The notes beneath the pieces were generated by a model that saw nothing but the letters and a program-made list of their open reading frames with translations, made no database searches and was not told where the DNA came from. From an uncultured Syntrophaceae bacterium (GTDB taxonomy: Bacteria > Desulfobacterota > Syntrophia > Syntrophales > UBA2210), in the NCBI GenBank assembly GCA_964394725.1, contig CAYMYS010000002.1, forward strand, positions 4,497 through 68,496: DNA of 64,000 nucleotides, written 5' to 3'. Positions 51,161-59,106 of the stretch are shown in pieces (position 1 is the first letter of the stretch; the number at the start of each line of letters is the position of its first letter). The translations under genes and the position numbers were made by a program.

Positions 51161-52421
51161 TAAGGGGCACCTCTTTCCTGGTCACTTTCATCGTTATAAT
51201 TCGTGCCTTGGTGATTTTTTCCACTGAAAAGTGTAAATCTTCACAGTCGATACTGTTTCCTGTGAGGGGAAGTACTCCGAAGAGGTGGAGCAGGAAACCA
51301 CCTATCGTATCAAAATCTTCCGTCGCTATGGATAGATGAAAGATTTCTTTAAAATCCTCTATGCTCATCATACCCGTCACGAGAGCGGTGTTTGCGTCGA
51401 TCCATTTTATCTCGTCTTCTTTCGAGCCATATTCGGCATATATGTCGCCAAAGAGGCACTCCAGAATATCCGTTAATGTTACAATGCCCTCTATGCCGCC
51501 GTACTCATCAACGACGACGGCAATCTGTATCCGTCTCGATTGAAAATCGCGCAGAACCCTGTGTGCTTCACGTTCTGCAGGTACAAAGTATGGTTTTTTC
51601 AGGAGTGAAGTGATATCGCTTCTCTTCTTTCCCTTCGCCGTTTCCGTCAAGAGATCCTTGGCGTTTAAAATTCCGATAAGATCATCTCTGTCGGACCCAT
51701 AGATGGGGATGCGGGAATGTCGCCTTGTGATAATTTCGCTTTCTATCTCCCCCACATCCATGGCGATGGAAAGGCAAAACATGTCTACCCGGGGAGTCAT
51801 GATTTCCGATACCGTGGTTTCAGCCAGTTCAAAGACGCTGTTGATTAAGTCTTTTTGTGTTTCCTCAATCGCCCCTTCCTGGTGTCCTGCCTCGACGAGA
51901 GTCCGAAAATCGTCCTCCATCAATGGTGTGTCTTGTCCCCGGTCTCCCCGTTCTAACATGGAGAAGAATAAATCGGGTGCCTTCACGAGGAGATAGACGA
52001 TGGGATAGGTAATACGTGAAAAGAGCGTCAACGGTAGCGATACGGCACTGGAAAATGTCATGGGATAGGTTACTGCCATTGTCTTTGGAATGGCTTCGCC
52101 GAAAATAATAAGACCGATGGTGGTAACCGCTATGGAAATCCACGTGCCCTCGGCGCCAATGAAATAGATTAAAAGCGATGTTGTGATGGCGGCGATGCTG
52201 ATATTTGTCGATTCATTGCCCAGCAGTATCGTGATCAGTAATCTTCGCGGAAAGGCGAGAAGGGCCTCAACAAAACGGACAAAAGGCATCCTCTCCTCCC
52301 TCATCTTGTGCAGATGAAGCGTAGAGAGCGAAAAGAATGAGGCTTCCGAGCCTGAGAAGAAGGCAGAGCATATTACGAGGATAACCAGCAGGCCACACTT
52401 AAATGCTATTACGTAATCCAA
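51153..52421 (-). CDS. CNNM/CorC-type hemolysin-family protein (paralogue, tandem)
   Basis: Has the same DUF21-CBS-CorC architecture (IMTPRVDM, RIPIY). It overlaps the downstream paralogue by 8 nt. Confidence 0.85.
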   Translation of the reverse strand: MDYVIAFKCGLLVILVICSAFFSGSEASFFSLSTLHLHKMREERMPFVRFVEALLAFPRRLLITILLGNESTNISIAAITTSLLIYFIGAEGTWISIAVTTIGLIIFGEAIPKTMAVTYPMTFSSAVSLPLTLFSRITYPIVYLLVKAPDLFFSMLERGDRGQDTPLMEDDFRTLVEAGHQEGAIEETQKDLINSVFELAETTVSEIMTPRVDMFCLSIAMDVGEIESEIITRRHSRIPIYGSDRDDLIGILNAKDLLTETAKGKKRSDITSLLKKPYFVPAEREAHRVLRDFQSRRIQIAVVVDEYGGIEGIVTLTDILECLFGDIYAEYGSKEDEIKWIDANTALVTGMMSIEDFKEIFHLSIATEDFDTIGGFLLHLFGVLPLTGNSIDCEDLHFSVEKITKARIITMKVTRKEVPLND

Positions 52422-52555
52422 TTACCTGTATCTTCCTCCACACGTAAGGATAAACTTTTGATAAGTCCATCACTTTCTCCGTGTTAAGACTTGATTGCCT
52501 TAACGCTCCGAAATCTTCGCTAAATTATTTCCTTAATGGCATAGAAGTCAATATA

Positions 52556-53812
52556 TCACAGATTTTTTATCTCTGCTATGGGTTTTAAAAAGAGTGAAGT
52601 GACAATGGCAAGTGTGATGACAGAGATGGTGATTATGAAACCAAGGCGGTAGCTTCCCGTTACGTCGAAGACATAACCGACTAGAATGGGTCCCACAGCC
52701 CCTCCCGCAGTGGCACCCATCATGACATAGGCCAAGATTGTTCCGTGTGATCTTAAGCCGAAGAGGGATGCCGTCAGGGGAGCGATGAGAGTGCACGCTG
52801 CCCATCCGGCGATTCCGAAAATAATGGCAGCCAGGTTGAGAATTATAAGTGTTTCGCCTGACAGAATCAGTGTATAGGCGATTACTCCCATGAGAAAACA
52901 TAGTATTATTGTCCGCCTGTTTCCGATCCTGTCGGCGATTGCTCCAGATACAATTCTTCCGGGGACACTGATTCCGGCGGCCAGAGATAAAACGGCTGCC
53001 GCAGCGGTAGATGATATTCCCAGTCCAATGGCATGGATGACGATGTGGACCACATAGACATTTATGGCAAAGAGTGTACAAAAGGCAATAAATCCGAGCA
53101 TCCAGAATTGACTCGTACATAGTGCCCTTCGAAGCAAGAATCCCTCATGTTGCCTGCTCAGGTCACCAGCGTTGTGTTCCTCCCCAAAGGGTCGAAGCTC
53201 CATCTCCTCGGGATCTCGTTTCAAGAACATGGCTGCCGGAATCATGACAAGCAAGACAAGTCCGCTCAGCACAATATATGAGGTTCTCCATCCCAGAGAC
53301 GCGATAAGAAAACTTAAGAAAAAGGGTATAATCGCTATTCCCAGAGCAGAACCCGCTGTCAGTATACCCGTCATCAGAGATCTCCGCTTTACAAACCATC
53401 GTGCAATTAAAGAGAGCAAAGGAGAAAGAGCGCCACTCATTCCAATACCCGTCAGTACGCCGCAGTAGAGATAAAGTTCCCATATACTGCTCATCTGTGA
53501 CATCAACAGGTATCCGGAACCCAGGAAAAGAGCACAGGTGATCAATACCTTTTTCGGTCCTATCCTGTCAGTCAACCTTCCTGCTGCCAGACTTGATAGA
53601 CCCAGAATTATCATGCCCAGTGTAAAGGCGCCTGAGATACTTGTTCTCGACCAGCCAAATTCACTCACGAGTGGTTCAAGAAAGACACCGAATGATCGGT
53701 TTGCCCCCCATGCCAGTGTCATGATGCAGAATGCAGATGCCTCGATGATATAACCGTAGAAAATCCGTTCTTTTGCCCCGTTCATTTTCAGAAGTTCGTA
53801 TCTCCCTTCCAT
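52556..53812 (-). CDS. MFS transporter, oxalate/formate-antiporter-like
   Basis: A 12-TM pattern, paralogous to the ORF at 2-985. The start is set at MEGRYE (GGAGAGGTGG upstream) rather than 53890. Confidence 0.85.
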   Translation of the reverse strand: MEGRYELLKMNGAKERIFYGYIIEASAFCIMTLAWGANRSFGVFLEPLVSEFGWSRTSISGAFTLGMIILGLSSLAAGRLTDRIGPKKVLITCALFLGSGYLLMSQMSSIWELYLYCGVLTGIGMSGALSPLLSLIARWFVKRRSLMTGILTAGSALGIAIIPFFLSFLIASLGWRTSYIVLSGLVLLVMIPAAMFLKRDPEEMELRPFGEEHNAGDLSRQHEGFLLRRALCTSQFWMLGFIAFCTLFAINVYVVHIVIHAIGLGISSTAAAAVLSLAAGISVPGRIVSGAIADRIGNRRTIILCFLMGVIAYTLILSGETLIILNLAAIIFGIAGWAACTLIAPLTASLFGLRSHGTILAYVMMGATAGGAVGPILVGYVFDVTGSYRLGFIITISVITLAIVTSLFLKPIAEIKNL

Positions 53813-53941
53813 ATATCCACCTCTCCGGGGGGGCAATACATGTGTTGTGTTTGAGAAGCCACTGCTATCCGAGGGATACCTGAAGGGCAAAGACTCTTCA
53901 TTTAATTCAATGATATTTCAGCAAACCGTTTATATCTTATG

Positions 53942-54277
53942 CTATACCATCCCCGGCACGATCCTTGTACAGAAGAGCAGCCATAAGCACAGCACAAGTA
54001 TGATTCCCGTCCAGCATATCATTTTAACGACTGTCACGGCGTGTGCCCGCTTTATGCCCTTGCACCATTGACCCTGGGTGTAAAACAACCAGATGGTGGC
54101 GAATGCGGCAACGGTGAACACCAGCCCCAGTATCCATGAAATACTTGCATTGCTCTCTGTGTGAATTATACAGCGATTGTGATCACTGTTGATCATTGTG
54201 AAGGAATACAGTGAATCAACTGCAATGTATGCCAAAGACAAAAGGTAACCACGCCCAGGCACAGGAAGGCAATCCAA
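53942..54277 (-). CDS. Hypothetical small membrane protein (possibly the 3' part of a frameshifted gene)
   Basis: Two C-terminal TM helices. A 48-codon ORF with another TM helix (MVEMILGKPKKELMARLQHAGWIAFLCLGVVTF...) ends in a different frame just upstream. Confidence 0.3.
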   Translation of the reverse strand: MDCLPVPGRGYLLSLAYIAVDSLYSFTMINSDHNRCIIHTESNASISWILGLVFTVAAFATIWLFYTQGQWCKGIKRAHAVTVVKMICWTGIILVLCLWLLFCTRIVPGMV

Positions 54278-54837
54278 CCGGCATGCTGCAAGCGGGCCAT
54301 CAACTCTTTCTTTGGTTTCCCGAGAATCATTTCCACCATGTGCTTTCTGTTGTACAATGCCTTGACAGGACCGAAATAGCGATCAAAGCATCCAAATGCT
54401 CACTCATCTTTCAAAAAGGGTGATTGATAGCCGGCTCATACATACCTCTCCAATTGCCTGTGTCTGATAATGAGGGTTGGAAGTGAGAACTCTTTCATTC
54501 GATACTACGATTTTTTCACATTTGTCAAGATTGCACTGAAGTATAGGATGACGGAATCTTTTAGATATGGCCGACAGGCACAATCACATATAAGACTACT
54601 TTGAGTATTGATTACTAAAACAATCGGCTTAAAGACCTATATTGTCTTGACATTAAAGCAGTTACTCTATAGATGTCATTCAACCATAGAAAATATTCGT
54701 CAGATACCGGAACGATTCCGCGCGACCTATTTCTAGAAAGAATCCTTTGTACAATCCATATATAATATGTACAAAAGAACCGTGACGCCATCAGAATCGC
54801 TAAAGAAAGAGGGTTTCCCGAAAGAAATGATAAAGCA

Positions 54838-56052
54838 ATGAAAGGTCCCAAAATATTCTATGGCTGGTTTGTGGTAGCTGCCTGTTTCGCAGCAACCTTT
54901 ACCCTTGGCGAGGCCATGTGGTCATTCGGTGTTTTTTTTAAACCGCTGCAAGCGGAATTCGGCTGGAGCAGGGCCCTTGTGTCATCGGCCTATACTGTCT
55001 TTCTCTTCGGGTTCGCCATTTCGGCAATCACAACGGGCAGGCTGGCCGACAGGTACAGCCCGAGACCAATTCTCTTTGTGAGCGCATTGCTGGCCGGTAT
55101 CGGTGTCTCCATGTGCAGTCAGGCGGAGGGGATTAATGAACTCCGATTCTTCCTTTTCATTGCCGGACTGGGCGGTGGCGCAACCATATCGGTACCGACG
55201 TCGGTGGTACAACGCTGGTTCTACGGAAGACCGCATGCCGGCCTTGCTCTCGGTATAGTCATGACAGGCGTCGGTGCGGGGGCCCTCTTCTTTGCCCCCC
55301 TTGTAAACTATTTGGTTTTATACTACGGTTGGAGATCGGCCTATCTGATAGTTGGAATACTCTTTCTGATAAGCATTGTCATTTCGGCCATCGTTATACG
55401 GCCGGTTCCTTTGGAAAGCAGTTATGACGCCAAGATCAGCGATGACGCAGTGAATCAAATGCCATCCCGCGGAATGTCGACTGCCGAGGTCATCAGGCAT
55501 CCATCCTTCATTGGTGTAACTTTTATTCAATGTAGCACTGCCGCGGCTTTTAACGTCATTGCCGTTCACATCGTTCCCTATGCTACCGATAAGGGAATTT
55601 CCTCCACTGTGGCCGCCCTTGCCCTTGGTCTACTGGGGGGATTCTCCGTCCCCGGCCGGATGATTGCCGGATTTATAGCCGATAGAATAGGCTGGAGGAA
55701 GATACTGGCAGTGTCCGTTCTGGGGATGGCTCTCTTTGTCCTGTGGCTGTTTTTTGTAAAGAACACATGGGTGCTCATCTGTTTCGTTTTTTTCTATGGG
55801 ATGTGTCACGGTGCCAGGGTTTCCGCTCATCTAGGAGTTTTGGGTGAGTTCTTTGGGATGAAATCGCTGGGGGAGATTATCGGTATTAGCATGGCGATGG
55901 CGCAGATAATCGGGGCCTTTGCCCCCTATCTTGCAGGATTCATTTTTGATGTTACGGGCAGTTATGTGGTTGCTTTCATAATTGTCATGATAATCCTTTT
56001 GATAAGCGGCATTATTGCACTCATCATCAAAAATCCCCTTACAGCGGAATAG
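54838..56052 (+). CDS. MFS transporter, oxalate/formate-antiporter-like
   Basis: A 404-aa, 12-TM protein. This is the third paralogue of this family in the window. Confidence 0.85.
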   Translation: MKGPKIFYGWFVVAACFAATFTLGEAMWSFGVFFKPLQAEFGWSRALVSSAYTVFLFGFAISAITTGRLADRYSPRPILFVSALLAGIGVSMCSQAEGINELRFFLFIAGLGGGATISVPTSVVQRWFYGRPHAGLALGIVMTGVGAGALFFAPLVNYLVLYYGWRSAYLIVGILFLISIVISAIVIRPVPLESSYDAKISDDAVNQMPSRGMSTAEVIRHPSFIGVTFIQCSTAAAFNVIAVHIVPYATDKGISSTVAALALGLLGGFSVPGRMIAGFIADRIGWRKILAVSVLGMALFVLWLFFVKNTWVLICFVFFYGMCHGARVSAHLGVLGEFFGMKSLGEIIGISMAMAQIIGAFAPYLAGFIFDVTGSYVVAFIIVMIILLISGIIALIIKNPLTAE

Positions 56053-56263
56053 TACCTCCTCCTGCAGCACCGTACAAAAATTCGACTTGAAAAACATACT
56101 TGCGCAATTCTTTTCTTATAGTCTATAATATTTCACCTTCATAAGACGCACCTCAATCTTTTACGCTCTTACTGTGCTGTAGCGGGTGGATACATGGCAG
56201 GCAATAACTATCCATAACCATTGAGCTATTCGGCTCATCAACCGTAAAAAAAGGGGGTGAAAG

Positions 56264-56689
56264 ATGATTGGCTTTATCTATAATATGGTTGCCGCATTGG
56301 GATATACTCATCCCTTGCATCCCGCCATTACACATATCCCCATGGGAATGGTAATCGGTGGTTTCATCTTTGCCCTCTTCTCCCTTTTGCTGCGGAAAGA
56401 GGATCTCGCTACATCGGCCCATCATTGCTTTACACTGGCCCTCATTTTTGTTGTTCCCACTGTGATAGCGGGTTATATGGATTGGCAGCATAGTTTTATG
56501 GCAGAATGGAACAACTTGATCCTTACCAAAATCATTCTCGCCGCTATCTTTGTCCTTCTCCTGCTCGTGGCCTTCTTTGCCGGACGAAACAGGGGATTGA
56601 GCGTACTGATAATCCTTATTATTTACGCCCTGTGCCTGGTCGTAGCCATAGGGCTCGGTTTTGTGGGGGGAGAGCTTCAGTACGGATAA
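56264..56689 (+). CDS. DUF2231-like membrane protein
   Basis: A 141-aa, 4-TM protein with an N-terminal HPLHPAITHIP His-rich motif typical of DUF2231. Confidence 0.6.
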   Translation: MIGFIYNMVAALGYTHPLHPAITHIPMGMVIGGFIFALFSLLLRKEDLATSAHHCFTLALIFVVPTVIAGYMDWQHSFMAEWNNLILTKIILAAIFVLLLLVAFFAGRNRGLSVLIILIIYALCLVVAIGLGFVGGELQYG

Positions 56690-56758
56690 TCGGATGTAAT
56701 CTGCCTGTTATAACCTTTAGATGAAATGGAGAGGGAACGATGAAAAAAAATAATCTTT

Positions 56759-56965
56759 ATGATAATCCTTTGTTCAATTATCTTTGCCGCCGGGCTGTCT
56801 TGCGCAGCGCCCGCCGATTATGACAACAAGATTGCCCTCGAGCAGATCTCTTTTGAGTGGAGAATCGATGGGAAAGAAATCCATATCCGCTTGGCTGCCG
56901 AAACCGCGGGATGGGTCGGAATCGGGATAAATCCCACCGATCCAGTATTTATGCTTGAGCACTGA
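56759..56965 (+). pseudogene. Truncated DOMON-like exported protein (N-terminal about 68 codons only)
   Basis: A signal-like N-terminus and a GWVGIGINPTD beta-sandwich start are followed by an abrupt stop. An ATG plus A8 tract at 56740-56750 would give a better MKKIIFMIIL... signal peptide after a 1-nt slip. Confidence 0.45.
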
Positions 56966-57184
56966 TAAGGATCAGCGTAGAATTACTTTTATGTCAAGAA
57001 CCTAAACTAATACCTCGCCCTCTTGCAGGGGGAGGCAGGAGTGGGTAATGGGAGGGGAGTCTGGAAACATCCCACCTGCCCTGTAAGGAACCGTCACTCC
57101 CGCAACTGTACCGAAGAGATGCCCATCGTCCCGGCAGGCTTTTCAAGCGTTGCCGCCTGCCCAATCAGAATATTTAATCATTTC

Positions 57185-57220
57185 TTGATTTCACACAAAT
57201 TAATGTGTAAAATTGTGTGA
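57185..57220 (+). promoter_or_regulatory. vapBC promoter with overlapping inverted-repeat operator
   Basis: -35 TTGATT (57185-57190), a 17-nt spacer, and -10 TAAAAT (57208-57213). A perfect inverted repeat, TCACACAA (57191-57198) / TTGTGTGA (57213-57220), spans the spacer and -10. GGGAGG RBS precedes the ATG at 57243. Confidence 0.6.
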
Positions 57221-57242
57221 ATTTATTAGGGAGGTGACAGCT

Positions 57243-57443
57243 ATGGCAACAAATTTACAGATAGATGACAATCTCATCTTGAAAGCCGTGAAACTCGGCA
57301 GGCATAAAACAAAAAAGGCCGCTGTCTCACAGGCACTGATTGATTATATACATCACTTGGAGCAGGAAAAAATTCTCACGATGTTTGGAACTGTGGAATA
57401 CGACTCGGAATATGATTATAAAAAGCAGAGAAATCGGCCGTGA
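57243..57443 (+). CDS. vapB: Type II antitoxin VapB (DUF2191-like)
   Basis: MATNLQIDDNLILKAVKLGRHKTKKAAVSQAL is the typical ribbon/helix N-terminus. Its stop overlaps the PIN gene start (GTGA). Confidence 0.8.
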   Translation: MATNLQIDDNLILKAVKLGRHKTKKAAVSQALIDYIHHLEQEKILTMFGTVEYDSEYDYKKQRNRP

Positions 57444-57844
57444 ATATCATCGTTGACACAAGCGTATGGTCTCTGGCCTTAAGGCGCGATAAAGAAAACT
57501 CGACTGCACCGGTCCAGGAGCTTCGTCATCTAATCCATGATCATCGTGTTCGGATGATGGGTCCCGTTCGTCAGGAGATTTTATCGGGTATTCGCAGCGG
57601 AGATCAGTTTAATAAACTTCGTGAGCATCTCGAACATTTCCCCGATCTTCAGATACGCACCGAAGACTATGTTACAGCAGCCCGTTATTTCAATCAGTGC
57701 CGTTCAAAAGGAATACAAGGTTCAAATACCGATTTCTTGATATGCGCCGTGGCCGTCAGCAACAAGTTCTCAATCTATACCATGGATAAGGACTTCGAGA
57801 TGTTTTCGAAACATATACCGATTGTTCTCCACAGGGTCGATTAA
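57440..57844 (+). CDS. vapC: Type II toxin VapC (PIN-domain ribonuclease)
   Basis: A 134-aa protein with IVDTSVW (first acidic residue), internal E/D residues and TMDKDF. The start is GTG, coupled to vapB. Confidence 0.85.
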   Translation: MNIIVDTSVWSLALRRDKENSTAPVQELRHLIHDHRVRMMGPVRQEILSGIRSGDQFNKLREHLEHFPDLQIRTEDYVTAARYFNQCRSKGIQGSNTDFLICAVAVSNKFSIYTMDKDFEMFSKHIPIVLHRVD

Positions 57845-57849
57845 TTTCG

Positions 57850-58250
57850 CCGCTGGTTCAATCTTGTAGATTGAACCACAACATTACAGTGATTAGTTGT
57901 AGCACCTTCACACGTTCAAGTTACTTTATAGATTAAAACACATAAGAGACATTTGGGGGAAATGCCATGATTGGCAAAACCCCCAAATAGCGACAAAGCG
58001 GAAACACCCAGCGTGCCGGAGACAAAAGCATTAATCATTTGGCCAAAAAGGCAACAGTGCCAAATCGGCCAAAAGGCAATGTATTATTGAGCATTAAAGA
58101 ATTAATTGACTTTATTTACAGGCATTTGGCCGAAATGCCAGCATTGGCATAATGGCCAAATAGCAATTATTGTCGGACGTTATCCGGTCTGCAGACTGAA
58201 ACCAAAGCCATTTACCGGAAAAGCCAGTAGTGGCATTTTCGGTAAATAGT
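57850..58250 (+). repeat. Modular hairpin-array element, copy 1: leader hairpin plus four 86-87-bp units (candidate structured RNA or BOX/MITE-like repeat)
   Basis: Leader hairpin: GGTTCAATCT-tgt-AGATTGAACC (57855-57877).
Units start at 57952, 58038, 58125 and 58211, each of the form CATTT-outer stem-A-rich loop-(T)GCCA-4 nt-TGGC(A)-A/T loop-outer stem-AAATAG.
Outer stems differ but stay complementary: GGGGG/CCCCC, GGCC/GGCC, GGCC/GGCC, ACCG/CGGT. Confidence 0.8.
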
Positions 58251-58393
58251 ATTGAACTGGACAACGAGTGCATTCCCCGCTGCCTGTCTGCCGTTGAAAA
58301 GATAGGCTCTGTAGAAATATTCGTCGACGTGCAGAGGGTCTGAGCGGGTGCTACACTCGGAGACCCTTAATATTTCACAATACAGAACACAGA

Positions 58394-58422
58394 TTGACGA
58401 TGCATAACATTTTTCTTATCAT
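58394..58422 (+). promoter_or_regulatory. Sigma-70-type promoter of the orphan antitoxin gene
   Basis: TTGACG (58394-58399), a 17-nt spacer, and TATCAT (58417-58422). It is flanked by the direct repeat ATGCATAA (58400-58407 and 58423-58430). GAGGAGG RBS lies before the ATG at 58447. Confidence 0.5.
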
Positions 58423-58446
58423 ATGCATAATTGAGGAGGTATTCAT

Positions 58447-58641
58447 ATGAGAACAACATTAGACATACCTGATGATCTCTTTAAGGAGGCCATGAAAATC
58501 ACGCGGTGCCGTACAAAAATAGAGGTGATCAAAATCGTTTTGGAAAATATTGTTAAGAAAAATAACATACAAATGTTAAAGCAGTTCAGGGGTAAAATTG
58601 ATCTTGATATTAATCTGTCTGCATCGAGGAAAAGGGATTGA
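58447..58641 (+). CDS. Orphan VapB-type (DUF2191-like) antitoxin; no cognate PIN gene follows
   Basis: MRTTLDIPDDLFKEAMKITRCRTKIEVIKIVLENI is paralogous in pattern to the vapB at 57243. Downstream there is only an ATG-TAA stub. Confidence 0.7.
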   Translation: MRTTLDIPDDLFKEAMKITRCRTKIEVIKIVLENIVKKNNIQMLKQFRGKIDLDINLSASRKRD

Positions 58642-58740
58642 GATCAGATGTAATGTTCCGTAGTGTTTTTTAGTCCCGAATCAATAATTGTGTTAAAATA
58701 AACCCAATAATTAAAATTTCGAGTATGCGGAGAACAGGAA

Positions 58741-58965
58741 ATGAAACAATTGAAGATAGTTGTCGAAAAATATCCGGATACATATGTTGCTTATCCGATT
58801 GGGATGAAAGGCATTGTCGTGGGGCAAGGCGATACATATGAGGCTGTATTGTCCGATGTTAAATCTGCGATACAATTTCATATCGATACTTTTGGCCCCG
58901 ATCAAATAGAAATAGATCCTCCAATCCTGGAAGCATTTATTGCAGAAACAGGAATCGCTGTGTAA
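58741..58965 (+). CDS. hicB: HicB-like antitoxin (UPF0150 fold, no DNA-binding domain)
   Basis: IVVEKYPDTYVAYPIGMKGIVVGQGDTYEAVLSDVKSAIQFHI fits the short HicB_lk/UPF0150 pattern. Confidence 0.65.
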   Translation: MKQLKIVVEKYPDTYVAYPIGMKGIVVGQGDTYEAVLSDVKSAIQFHIDTFGPDQIEIDPPILEAFIAETGIAV

Positions 58966-59078
58966 TGCATAAATTCCTTGCAGATGCTCCCATTAGAAAA
59001 GTAATAAAAGCCAAACTTCCCTTACCCAGACTCAAATTTCTAGAGACGATTTTCTCGAAGCATATTATTCATAATAAT
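58965..59078 (+). pseudogene. hicA: hicA toxin remnant with internal deletion
   Basis: The ATG overlaps the hicB stop (TAATG). The first about 16 codons (MHKFLADAPIRKVIKA) look like a HicA N-terminus. A different frame ends in ...TQISRDDFLEAYYS*, which looks like a HicA C-terminus. The catalytic core is missing. Confidence 0.4.
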
Positions 59079-59106
59079 GGCTGCCGGTTCAATCTTACTT
59101 GCCCCA

